The translations under genes and the position numbers were made by a program. The notes beneath the pieces are model-generated. The model searched no databases and was not told the origin of the DNA. It was given only the letters and a program-made list of their open reading frames with translations. Below, piece after piece: positions 19,232 to 28,245 of a stretch of 64,000 nucleotides of DNA. The stretch spans positions 130,698 to 194,697 of the forward strand of contig JAAXUA010000003.1 of NCBI GenBank assembly GCA_013336275.1. Reading direction: 5' to 3'. Positions within the stretch are counted from its first letter, which is position 1; each line of letters opens with the position of its first letter. Source of the stretch: Candidatus Falkowbacteria bacterium. GTDB lineage: Bacteria > Patescibacteriota > Patescibacteriia > Patescibacteriales > GWE2-39-37.

Positions 19232-20110
19232 ATGGCAGTGCTTTTCGCTTTCGGTGCGATGATTCTTTGGAGTGTCGGTGATTTTTTAGTGCAAAGGATG
19301 GCTAAAAACATCGGAAATTTCGAAGCCTTGGCCTGGATAAATCTGATAGGCGGGCTTGGTTTGTTGCCTTTCGTCATCGGCGATCTGGGGTTACTGGCAA
19401 CGCCAAGGTATTTGCTGCCGCTGCTAGCGTTGGGCGTCATTGATTTTGTTTTTGGTTTGACTATTTTGAAGGCCTACGAGAGAGGCAAGCTTTCGGTGAT
19501 TGAAGTTGTGATGATTGTCGAGCTGCCGTTTACGATATTGCTGGGCATGTTATTTTTCAAGGAGAGCTTAACTTTGCTGCAGATCATTTTGGTTTTAATG
19601 ATACTTGTGGGAGTTTCATTGATTTCCCGAGGAGAGGAAAGTATTTTGAAAAAATTTTACATCCTGATTACCGGAGCGGCTAGACCATATGAAAAAGGTG
19701 TCATCTTGGCTCTGGTTGCAGCACTTCTCAGCGCTTTTTATAATTTCATGATCGCGGTCAACGCCCGCGATGTTGCGCCGGTCATGGCTATCTGGTTTCC
19801 TTGGGTGGTAAGTTTGACTTTTTTGCTCGTGTATATGCTTTATAAAAGAGGGACGGACAAGTTTTTTGCCCACGGCCGAAAACATATGAAGCTGATTTTA
19901 TACGGGAGCTTGATTGAGACGGCTGCTTGGCTTTTTTTCGCGTTCGCACTGTCCAAAAAAGAACTCTCGATAACCACCGCAATCACTGAAAGTTACCCGG
20001 CGTTGGCTATGTTTTTAGGTGTCAAATTCAATAAGGAAAAAATTACAGGTCTTCAATACGCCGGAGCCGCCACGGCATTGTTGGCAAGCGTTGCGATGGC
20101 GTTTTCGTAG
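19232..20110 (+). CDS. DMT/EamA-family transporter
   Basis: Two 5-TM repeats ending in FFKE.L and FNKEKI; G.LSV/LSI motifs. Start moved to MAVLFAFG because the longer ORF overlaps the DUF1801 gene. Confidence 0.85.
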   Translation: MAVLFAFGAMILWSVGDFLVQRMAKNIGNFEALAWINLIGGLGLLPFVIGDLGLLATPRYLLPLLALGVIDFVFGLTILKAYERGKLSVIEVVMIVELPFTILLGMLFFKESLTLLQIILVLMILVGVSLISRGEESILKKFYILITGAARPYEKGVILALVAALLSAFYNFMIAVNARDVAPVMAIWFPWVVSLTFLLVYMLYKRGTDKFFAHGRKHMKLILYGSLIETAAWLFFAFALSKKELSITTAITESYPALAMFLGVKFNKEKITGLQYAGAATALLASVAMAFS

Positions 20111-20248
20111 AAGAAAAGGCGTTAAGTTTTTTCTGGCAGCCATTGACTTAGTTTAGATAAAATTGTATATTAGCAGATAAATTTATAGAGCGTTCATTAA
20201 ATCTAACCAGCCATAGCAGGAAAAATAACGAGCCAAAGGAGGCCGCCA

Positions 20249-20776
20249 ATGTTCGATTGCGATTTGTTAGCCATGCACCACGCTACATGCGGATTGGCAA
20301 CACCGACGTATAGTCACGGTTCAATCCATCCAGTTTGTTCCCCCTTTTCGCCTACGCGCGAAATATTCGTTCGGGAGCCAGAGCCTTATTTGAGGCCGTT
20401 AATCACCGAAAGCCTGGTTATGAGCGAGGCATTGAGACCTCCCTTGATCGAGGCCGGTTGGCGACCTGAGCCGCGCTTCATTTCGGAGCCAGAGCCGTTA
20501 CCTAAGTTCGAAATACCGACTTTCAAGCCTTTTGTATTGGATATCCCGACGTTCGAACCGGAACCGCTTCCCAGTTTCAGCCTCCCGGCATTCAGGCCAT
20601 CGGTCCTGGACATTCCGGTGTTCGAACCGGACCCGCCGCCGATCTTTACGATGCCGAAGATCGATCGGTATCCGTTTCTTACATCCAGGGTGACCATCGA
20701 TTCGGATGATGACAACGATCCTTATGGCTTGTTCGGCTCGAAGAAACGAAAGAGCATCTTCGATTCCGACGATTAA
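20249..20776 (+). CDS. Hypothetical proline-rich protein with internal 23-aa repeats
   Basis: Own promoter (TTGACT/TATATT), SD AAAGGAGG and a downstream hairpin; repeated EPEPLP.F..P.F.P.VLDIP.F. Confidence 0.6.
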   Translation: MFDCDLLAMHHATCGLATPTYSHGSIHPVCSPFSPTREIFVREPEPYLRPLITESLVMSEALRPPLIEAGWRPEPRFISEPEPLPKFEIPTFKPFVLDIPTFEPEPLPSFSLPAFRPSVLDIPVFEPDPPPIFTMPKIDRYPFLTSRVTIDSDDDNDPYGLFGSKKRKSIFDSDD

Positions 20777-20971
20777 CCTGTTCGCGGAGACAGACAACTT
20801 CTGTCTCCGCGTCAAATCTTTAAGCTTATAATAATGAACTCAGAGATTTGATAAAAAAGTAAAACATTTTTTGTGAAGCTCTGGTCTACACCCCCCGAAC
20901 GGGTGTTTTTGTTTTGAGTAATATATAAAAAAGCGCCCCGACAAGATCGGGGCGCGTGATGGTTGGGCCAG

Positions 20972-23035
20972 TCAGCGGAGCTGGCGCCATTTGCTGTTGC
21001 CGCTGGGCTTTCTTTTTTCCACTTTCTTCTCTTGGATGTTGAGGAAAAAGCTGATTAGGCCCTTAAAAGCGGCTACCGTACCGGTTTTGCTCATGTTGTA
21101 GCGGCGAAGCAGCTCTTCGCCAGTCATGGAGCAGTTGCCCGCGCGAAGTTTGTCTTTGACGAACAGAGCATGGTGCTTTATGGGAAAAAGGGCGAGTTCA
21201 TTGTCGGTCGCGCCTTTTTGGGATTGCCATTCTTTCAGACATGCAATCATGCGCTGACGCCAAGAGTGATGGTGGATGTCGAAGTCCTCCTCGTTCCTTT
21301 CAGGCATCTCGAAGCCTTTCTGGACCAGATAGGCTTCGCCGACTTCGCTCAGGAAGTGCACTCGGGAGTTTCCGATTTCGGCTGCATATAAGCAGCCTTT
21401 TTCGGTCAGGTCTTCGAGCAGCTGTCTGATATAGATCGGCCAGACATCCGCGTAGGCGCCGAAGTAGTCACCGTATTTTTTCTTGTCGGCGACCTCTTCG
21501 TTGCCCTCCAGGACGGCTAAGAGCTCATTGGTGGAGACAGGGTACTTCATGATGAATCCGAGGATTATCTCTAGCTTCAGGTCGCTCATGCCTTTGCTCA
21601 GCGTGATTTCATTGAAGACGTTGGTCTTGAAGTATCGCCTGATCACGTCTGCATGATTGTCAGCATTGGCGCAATCGATCATCAGCTGGAGCCGCTTGAG
21701 CTTGATTATCTTCCTGGCTTCCAGCTCTTCCTGGTCGATTGAGATCTTTTCGCCGAAAGGGAAAAGGACCTGTTCGTCTTGCCGGACAATGTGGCCGAAG
21801 TCGACCAGAATGCCGACCGCCGCGCTGGCAACTGTTTTCAGCGAAGGCTTTTCCGCAATCAGTTTTTCCAGGAAGTGGTTCAGCTGGGCATAAGACGCGG
21901 GCGACCGTTGGTACTCGGTGATCTTCGCGTTGAGCCGGTAAAGAAAGTCGTAGACTTTTTGGATCTTTTCCAGGCTGGGACTTTCTTGGAAAACGAAGAA
22001 CTGCTGAGTGGTGTAGTCCTTGACCCAATTGAACAGGATGGCTTTGGCTGGACGGCTGTCCCTGCCTGCCCGTCCGGATTCTTGGATGTAGGCCTCGAGC
22101 GATCCGGGGATGGAATAGTGGATGATTGTGTAAACGTCGGGTTTATCGATGCCCATGCCGAAGGCGCTGGTGCAGACCATGACTCGGTTTTCGCCTTCAA
22201 GGAAGAGCCGGCTTTGTTCGCTCCTTTCCCGAGGGTCCATCTTGCCGTGGTAGATCGAGGTCGCATACCGCTGTGACAAGGCTTTGTACAGGACGTAGGC
22301 TTGCCGGGTTGTCGAGGTATAGATCATGATCGATCCGGTCTCGGCAGAACGGATAGCGTCATCCAGCCGGAGAATCTTGTCTTCTATGCTCGAGACATGG
22401 ACCACTTCGAAGCTGATGTTGTCCCGGAACGGCTCTCCCATGATGACTTCGAGTTCGGTGATCTTGAGGATTCGTTTGACGTCTTCGATGACGTGCGGCG
22501 GAGCCGTGGCTGTGAAGAGCGCCAGCTGGGGTTGGCCGAGCTGCTTGCGGATCTCGTCGATGAACAGATAGCTCGGACGGAAGTTGTGTCCCCAGAGTGA
22601 GACGCAGTGGACTTCATCTATTACCAGTAGTCCGACCTCGCGAGCTTTGACGTAGCTGAGGATGGTGCTGGCCGACAACCCTTCGGGCGAGATGTAAAGG
22701 ATATCGATTTCGCCTTTCTCTACCATTTTCAGAATCGCTTTGCGTTGGTCAGCGCCCAGGTTGGAATGGAGCTGTACCCCTCGAAGCCCGTTGATCTTTC
22801 TTACTTGGTCGTCCATCAGGGCGATCAGCGGGGAGATGACAACGGTCATCTTGGGCAGCCTCAGCATGGCCGGAATCTGGAAAATCAGGGACTTGCCTGA
22901 TCCCGGCGGCAGGATGACCAACGTGTCTTTGCCGCTTTGAATGGAAAACATGGCCTCTGACTGCATCGGTAGAAGATTCGAAAGGCCCATTTCTTTCAAA
23001 CAGCGGTTTACCTGACTATCAAATCGGTTGTCCAT
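20972..23035 (-). CDS. RecQ-family ATP-dependent DNA helicase
   Basis: P.GSGKSL.FQ.PA, ISPLIALMDDQV, DEVHCVSLWGHNFRP.Y, TATA, T.AFGMGIDKPDV and QESGRAGRD. Start at the ATG after SD AAAAGGAGG. Confidence 0.92.
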   Translation of the reverse strand: MDNRFDSQVNRCLKEMGLSNLLPMQSEAMFSIQSGKDTLVILPPGSGKSLIFQIPAMLRLPKMTVVISPLIALMDDQVRKINGLRGVQLHSNLGADQRKAILKMVEKGEIDILYISPEGLSASTILSYVKAREVGLLVIDEVHCVSLWGHNFRPSYLFIDEIRKQLGQPQLALFTATAPPHVIEDVKRILKITELEVIMGEPFRDNISFEVVHVSSIEDKILRLDDAIRSAETGSIMIYTSTTRQAYVLYKALSQRYATSIYHGKMDPRERSEQSRLFLEGENRVMVCTSAFGMGIDKPDVYTIIHYSIPGSLEAYIQESGRAGRDSRPAKAILFNWVKDYTTQQFFVFQESPSLEKIQKVYDFLYRLNAKITEYQRSPASYAQLNHFLEKLIAEKPSLKTVASAAVGILVDFGHIVRQDEQVLFPFGEKISIDQEELEARKIIKLKRLQLMIDCANADNHADVIRRYFKTNVFNEITLSKGMSDLKLEIILGFIMKYPVSTNELLAVLEGNEEVADKKKYGDYFGAYADVWPIYIRQLLEDLTEKGCLYAAEIGNSRVHFLSEVGEAYLVQKGFEMPERNEEDFDIHHHSWRQRMIACLKEWQSQKGATDNELALFPIKHHALFVKDKLRAGNCSMTGEELLRRYNMSKTGTVAAFKGLISFFLNIQEKKVEKRKPSGNSKWRQLR

Positions 23036-23202
23036 GGCTTTTAGCCTCCTTTTAGCTTGAATTGTATTTTGGGGTACGGGTTGGTTGTATAAGGAACGGC
23101 TTTCGCAATCAAGTAAATTACAATATTTTGCTATTTTTGTCAATAGCATGGAAGTTGCTTATATTACGGGTGGACGACCTTAAAATCTGCTATAATTTTA
23201 AT

Positions 23203-23685
23203 ATGCCTATACAGCCATATCAGCAGGCGGTTATTGACCTGATGATTCGCCACGAAAATGCTATGCGGGACCTGTACCTGCTTTATTCGGCCCAACACAA
23301 GGGGAGATATTGGGATTTTTGGCATCAGCTGGTCAAGGAGGAGACCTCTCACGCTAACACGGTCAAGTTGATCGAGGTTAGTCTTGAGCAAGGCAAAGCC
23401 GATTTTAGGGAGGATCGTTTCAAGACCGACCTGATTGAAAAATCATTGAGCTACATCAGTGGGAAAATCGCCGAAGCGCAAACCGGCGAGGTGGCAATAT
23501 TGCGAGCACTAGCCACTGCACTGGAAATAGAAAACTCTTTTATTGAGCATGAATATTTTTCCGTCATTGATGAGGATTCGGAAGACCTTAGGTTCATACT
23601 CAAGCTTTTGCAAAAAGGCACCAACGATCATCAGGAGCGAGTGAAGTCAGCCTGGGAGGCTGAAAATAAAAGCATCACCACCTAG
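23203..23685 (+). CDS. Ferritin-like/rubrerythrin-family protein
   Basis: E....LY, EETSH, ALEIE and DH di-iron-type helices. TATAAT 6 nt before the ATG suggests a leaderless transcript. Confidence 0.75.
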   Translation: MPIQPYQQAVIDLMIRHENAMRDLYLLYSAQHKGRYWDFWHQLVKEETSHANTVKLIEVSLEQGKADFREDRFKTDLIEKSLSYISGKIAEAQTGEVAILRALATALEIENSFIEHEYFSVIDEDSEDLRFILKLLQKGTNDHQERVKSAWEAENKSITT

Positions 23686-23714
23686 CTTAAATAAATTAAT
23701 ATTAAATAAATCAT

Positions 23715-25076
23715 ATGTTTGAAAAATCCAAAAATTTTATCATTTTTAAGATTCTTGCAATCGGATTCTTGACGTTGCTGCTGCTTATCCCAACTGCCAT
23801 GATAAGCAGTCTGGTGGATGAGCGGGAACAAAGGAGGAATGAGGCAATAAACGAGATTGATGCCAAGTGGGGCAATAAGCAGACGATCGTCGGACCGATT
23901 TTGACCCTGCCATATAAAAAGATCATTCAACAGGACAATAAGGCTATCGAGCAAATCGAATATGCCCACTTCTTGCCGGACACCTTATCCATCAAGGGCG
24001 CTATCGCTCCCGAAATGAGACAAAGAGGAATTTATCAGGTGGCTGTCTATGGTTCTGATTTGAAATTTCAAGGGGCTTTCAGTCAGCCGAATTTAAAAGA
24101 TCTTAATATCGCGTCAGATAAAGTTCTGTGGGAAGACGCGTTTGTCTCGATAGGGATTTCTGACATGAGGGGCATCAAGGACGAGATAAAAATTACCTGG
24201 AACGGGAAAGAGGCGAATGCCAAGCCCGGGCTGGGCAGTGAGATGGTTCTGGGAGAATTTGATTCACGTGCTTTCGAAGGCGAGGTGATTGAAAAAAGTC
24301 GGACAACTAACGGGCTGAACTCGGGAGTTAACGCTAAAGTAGCGCTAGGCCCTGCCAACACTGGGGCGAACACATATTCCTTTGATCTTAATTTGAACGG
24401 TAGCGAAGGTCTTTATTTTGTGCCCCTGGGAGGCGAGACAGCTGCAGAGCTTGCATCCGTCTGGAAGGATCCTAATTTTGGAGGAGCATTTTTACCCGAC
24501 GAAAGGGAAGTTGGTAAAGATGGATTCCGTGCCAAGTGGAAAGTGTTGCAGCTTAATAGGAATTTTCCGCAAAGCTGGTTAGGCGACAGCAACCAAGAAA
24601 TGTCATCTTCAGCCTTTGGCGTTAATCTTTTAATCCCTGTCGACGAATACCAGAAGAACGCGCGCTCGATTAAATACGCCATTCTATTTATAGCGCTGAC
24701 CTTCTTGATATTTTTCTTTTCCGAAGTGATGAACAAGAATCGCATCCATCCGATGCAATATCTTTTAGTCGGGCTGGCACTAGTCTTGTTCTTCTCGTTG
24801 CTATTATCCCTTAGCGAGCATTTGAATTTCAATTTAGCTTATCTTCTGTCCAGTTCGGCGACGATATTGATGGTAACGCTTTATTCCAGGCACATCTTCA
24901 AAAGCTCTCGCATGTCATTGCTACAGGCTGGAATTATGATTATAGTTTACGGGTTCATCTTCGCAATCCTTCAACTCCAGGATTATTCTCTGCTGGTCGG
25001 CAGTATCGGACTGTTCGCAATCTTGGCAATCGTAATGTTCATATCCAGAAAGATTAACTGGTATGAAATTGGCTGA
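23715..25076 (+). CDS. creD: Inner-membrane protein CreD
   Basis: ER..R..EA...I...WG..Q...GP, RGIY, PNFGGAFLP, YQ...RSIKYA.LFI, IHPMQYLLVG, LLLSLSEH and R.INWY. Confidence 0.92.
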   Translation: MFEKSKNFIIFKILAIGFLTLLLLIPTAMISSLVDEREQRRNEAINEIDAKWGNKQTIVGPILTLPYKKIIQQDNKAIEQIEYAHFLPDTLSIKGAIAPEMRQRGIYQVAVYGSDLKFQGAFSQPNLKDLNIASDKVLWEDAFVSIGISDMRGIKDEIKITWNGKEANAKPGLGSEMVLGEFDSRAFEGEVIEKSRTTNGLNSGVNAKVALGPANTGANTYSFDLNLNGSEGLYFVPLGGETAAELASVWKDPNFGGAFLPDEREVGKDGFRAKWKVLQLNRNFPQSWLGDSNQEMSSSAFGVNLLIPVDEYQKNARSIKYAILFIALTFLIFFFSEVMNKNRIHPMQYLLVGLALVLFFSLLLSLSEHLNFNLAYLLSSSATILMVTLYSRHIFKSSRMSLLQAGIMIIVYGFIFAILQLQDYSLLVGSIGLFAILAIVMFISRKINWYEIG

Positions 25077-25365
25077 TAAAAAGAAGCGAGCCCCCCTTGG
25101 GGCAACCTATGCCGTAAATCGATTCTGAACTCCTTGGTAAAAACACCCATAACATTTATTAAAAAAGTTATGGGTGTTTTTTATTATTTGCCGGGCAGAA
25201 GCTCAAAAAGCCTTATCAATTGAGCATTTGCCTGGCCTAAGCGTTGTCCATGGCTAGCGATGTATTAAGCGAATTGATAAGTTAATCAATACTTAATTAA
25301 GGTTTGATTAAATCACCATATAGACCAAGATTTAACGGTCGCTTATAAGATGTAGCTCCATAATC

Positions 25366-27153
25366 ATGAAATCAGATCAGTATATCGTATTAATTTTGAT
25401 TATCTCCAGCCTCTGTTTGGCTGCGATATTTGCATTCTCTGGCCAAGACGAACAACAGTCTGACGAGCAGAGGATAAAAAATTTGCTTTTGAGAATGACG
25501 CCTCTAGAAAAAATCGGACAAATGGTGTTGGTTGATAAAAATGCCGTTAAGCCTGAAGATATTACGCGAAAACTTATTGGCGGGGTGCTGTCGGGAGGTG
25601 GCGGAAATCCAGAGATAAATACGCCCCAGGGTTGGCGTCAAATGGTTTTGGAATATCAGAATGCAGCATATAAATCACGTCTAGCGATCCCGATATTGTA
25701 TGGTGTCGATGCTGTTCATGGCAATGGCAATGTTTATGGTGCGGTTATTTTTCCCCACAACATCGGATTGGGGGCAACGCGGAATGCGAAGCTGGTGGAA
25801 GAGATTGGCAGGATTACGGCAGAAGAAATAAGTGCCACGGGGGCTAATTGGAATTTTGCACCTGTATTATCGATGCCGATGGATTATCGCTGGGGCAGGG
25901 TTTATGAGTGTTATAGCACGGACCAGGCCTTAGTAACTGAATTGAGTAAGAGCTATATTAACGGCCTGCACAGTCAAAATGTCCTTGCTACCCCTAAACA
26001 TTTTATCGGCGAAGGGAGTGAAAACTGGGGCTCATCGAATGAATATGAGTTGGATCAGGGTAATATTATAATGAGCATCGATGAGTTGAAAAGTACTCAG
26101 CTCGACCCTTTCAAGGAAGCAGTCAGGGCGGGTTCTATGAGTATCATGATTTCGCGAAGCTCATTGAATGGAAAAAAAATTAGCGCTGATAAATATCTTC
26201 TGACCGACCTTTTGAAGAACGAAATCGGTTTCAAGGGTTTTCTGGTGTCCGATTGGGGAGCCATTGATCAGATACAGGGTGATTATTATCAAGATATCGT
26301 AACTTCGATCAACGCGGGAATGGATATGGTCATGTTGCCGTCTGATTATGATTCATTTATCGATAAGATTTCAGAGGCCATAAAAAATGGAGACATAAAG
26401 CAAGAGAGAATCGATGATGCTGTGACGCGAATATTGCGCGCAAAGTTTTCGATTGGGTTATTTGACGAGGCAACCGACTCATCGGGGTTGTTGGAAAAAA
26501 TCGGTTCAAGCAGCCATCGTGAAGTTGCTAGGCAAGCCGTGCGGGAATCGCTTGTGCTTTTGAAAAATGAGCGAAATGCCCTGCCCATAATAAACCCAAG
26601 AAGGATCTTGATAGTCGGGCGAGCTGCTGACGATATAGGCATGCAGGCTGGCGGTTGGACAATCGAGTGGCAAGGAGGCCACGGGGACACGACGCCTGGC
26701 ACCTCCATCCTCAGCGCTTTTAAAAACGAGTTTAAGGATTCAGAAATTATTTACGACGCGATGGCTACGGGAACCAAATCAATAAAAGCCGATGTGGGAG
26801 TCGTAGTGGTGGGTGAGCGGCCCTATGCTGAAGGTGTGGGTGATCGCCAGAGGTTATTATTGTCGCCAGAGGATTTGAAGCGAATTCAAGTAGCTAAAAA
26901 GAATAGCGATAAAGTAGTGTTGGTTATTTTGTCTGGCCGACCGTTAATTGTTCAGAACGCTTTAAGGGACGTTGATGCGGTCGTCGTGGCTTGGTTGCCT
27001 GGAACCGAGGGCGCTGGAATTACAGACGTCTTGTCTGGCAAATATAATTTTTCCGGAAAGCTACCATTGGCCTGGCCGAAAACAATGGAGCAAATTGAAA
27101 AAAAGGATGTGAGAGATCCATTATTCAAATTCGGTTTTTGGCTAACCTACTGA
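25366..27153 (+). CDS. GH3 beta-glucosidase/glucan exohydrolase, exported or membrane-anchored
   Basis: MT..EKIGQM, DAVHG, FPHNIGLGA, RWGR.YE, KHF, GF.GF.VSDW nucleophile, GE.PYAEG.GD and AWLPG.EG; hydrophobic N-terminus. Confidence 0.93.
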   Translation: MKSDQYIVLILIISSLCLAAIFAFSGQDEQQSDEQRIKNLLLRMTPLEKIGQMVLVDKNAVKPEDITRKLIGGVLSGGGGNPEINTPQGWRQMVLEYQNAAYKSRLAIPILYGVDAVHGNGNVYGAVIFPHNIGLGATRNAKLVEEIGRITAEEISATGANWNFAPVLSMPMDYRWGRVYECYSTDQALVTELSKSYINGLHSQNVLATPKHFIGEGSENWGSSNEYELDQGNIIMSIDELKSTQLDPFKEAVRAGSMSIMISRSSLNGKKISADKYLLTDLLKNEIGFKGFLVSDWGAIDQIQGDYYQDIVTSINAGMDMVMLPSDYDSFIDKISEAIKNGDIKQERIDDAVTRILRAKFSIGLFDEATDSSGLLEKIGSSSHREVARQAVRESLVLLKNERNALPIINPRRILIVGRAADDIGMQAGGWTIEWQGGHGDTTPGTSILSAFKNEFKDSEIIYDAMATGTKSIKADVGVVVVGERPYAEGVGDRQRLLLSPEDLKRIQVAKKNSDKVVLVILSGRPLIVQNALRDVDAVVVAWLPGTEGAGITDVLSGKYNFSGKLPLAWPKTMEQIEKKDVRDPLFKFGFWLTY

Positions 27154-27335
27154 AATTAGTACAAACGAATTCATCAGGATTCATGAGTTAGGGTTTTATA
27201 TGTAGTGAACCATTACCGTTTTTTACATAAAAGAAAATCCTCGCAAAAAGCGAGGGTTTTCTTTTAGAGGCAAGCTATATAATATGTTCAGGACAATATA
27301 TAAAATGAAGTTAGATTCAGTTTAGTTTAGCCGTT

Positions 27336-28091
27336 CTATTTGCCCAATCTCCAAAGTGTATCAAAGAATTGCTTGTAGCTTTCTGCAATTTGCTGATTTT
27401 GAATCAAGAAGGCTGTAACTGGTTCACCAAAAAGATTAAAGCTGATTTTATCAGACCAGATATTCGTATTAACAAGGCCTGTAAACAATCCTGGCAGAAG
27501 GCGGTATTCGAAATTTAATCTCTCAGATTTAGATAGACTTAGCGCATCTCTTTGAGGTTCACTACCAATATATTTAATTTTAATATTTTTCTTGTTCCTG
27601 GTTTTTTCATAGCCGAAAAGTTTATCACTTAGTATTCTGCTAAAATTATCACCCTCTCCGCCGATTATTAGGAGTTCAGAATTAGCTTTGGCTGTGTTCA
27701 GAAGATTGAGTTCGTGTGAGACATATGACTCTTCTCCCTGAAAAACTTCAAATTGTTGAGCGGGCGGTAAGATAATGGCCTTCTGAAGCTGGAGAACGAC
27801 ATTGTCTGCTAGTTTTTTTTGTTGATCAACAAGTTTTGAAATTTGAGATGGATTTTTTGCAGAGAATTTTTTTCGACCCCGCTTTATTATATGTTGAACT
27901 AGCCCCCTTTTTTCAAGCGCTTCAATTGATTGATATACATACTGTCCATGTAGGTTGGTCTGGCTTATTATCTTAGAGCTGCCCACCTCCCCTAGAAAGA
28001 GAAGTGATATATAAACAGATGATTCGTTTTTGGTTAGACCTAGCCTAGAAAGATCGTTTATCAATCCTTGTTTTACATTTTCATCAAACAT
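27336..28091 (-). CDS. TrmB-family HTH transcriptional regulator
   Basis: LGLTKNESSVYISLL HTH; C-terminal AESYKQFFDTLW; divergent from the dikinase-like gene. Confidence 0.85.
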   Translation of the reverse strand: MFDENVKQGLINDLSRLGLTKNESSVYISLLFLGEVGSSKIISQTNLHGQYVYQSIEALEKRGLVQHIIKRGRKKFSAKNPSQISKLVDQQKKLADNVVLQLQKAIILPPAQQFEVFQGEESYVSHELNLLNTAKANSELLIIGGEGDNFSRILSDKLFGYEKTRNKKNIKIKYIGSEPQRDALSLSKSERLNFEYRLLPGLFTGLVNTNIWSDKISFNLFGEPVTAFLIQNQQIAESYKQFFDTLWRLGK

Positions 28092-28245
28092 ATTTGATAT
28101 TAGTATGATAATTACCCAGTATAATTGATAATTATATCATATTTTTTATCATCAAAATATATTGACATAATAATTATTTTGTGCAATAATATAATATTGC
28201 TGAATGTGGTTTTCGGTTTAACTGCAATAATATATAATCATATAT

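Noticed and set aside
22061..22070. CCTGCCTGCC half of the 20-bp palindrome inside the RecQ gene
   Set aside because: It encodes the conserved helicase motif VI (GRAGRD) on the minus strand and lacks the second arm, so it is coincidental.
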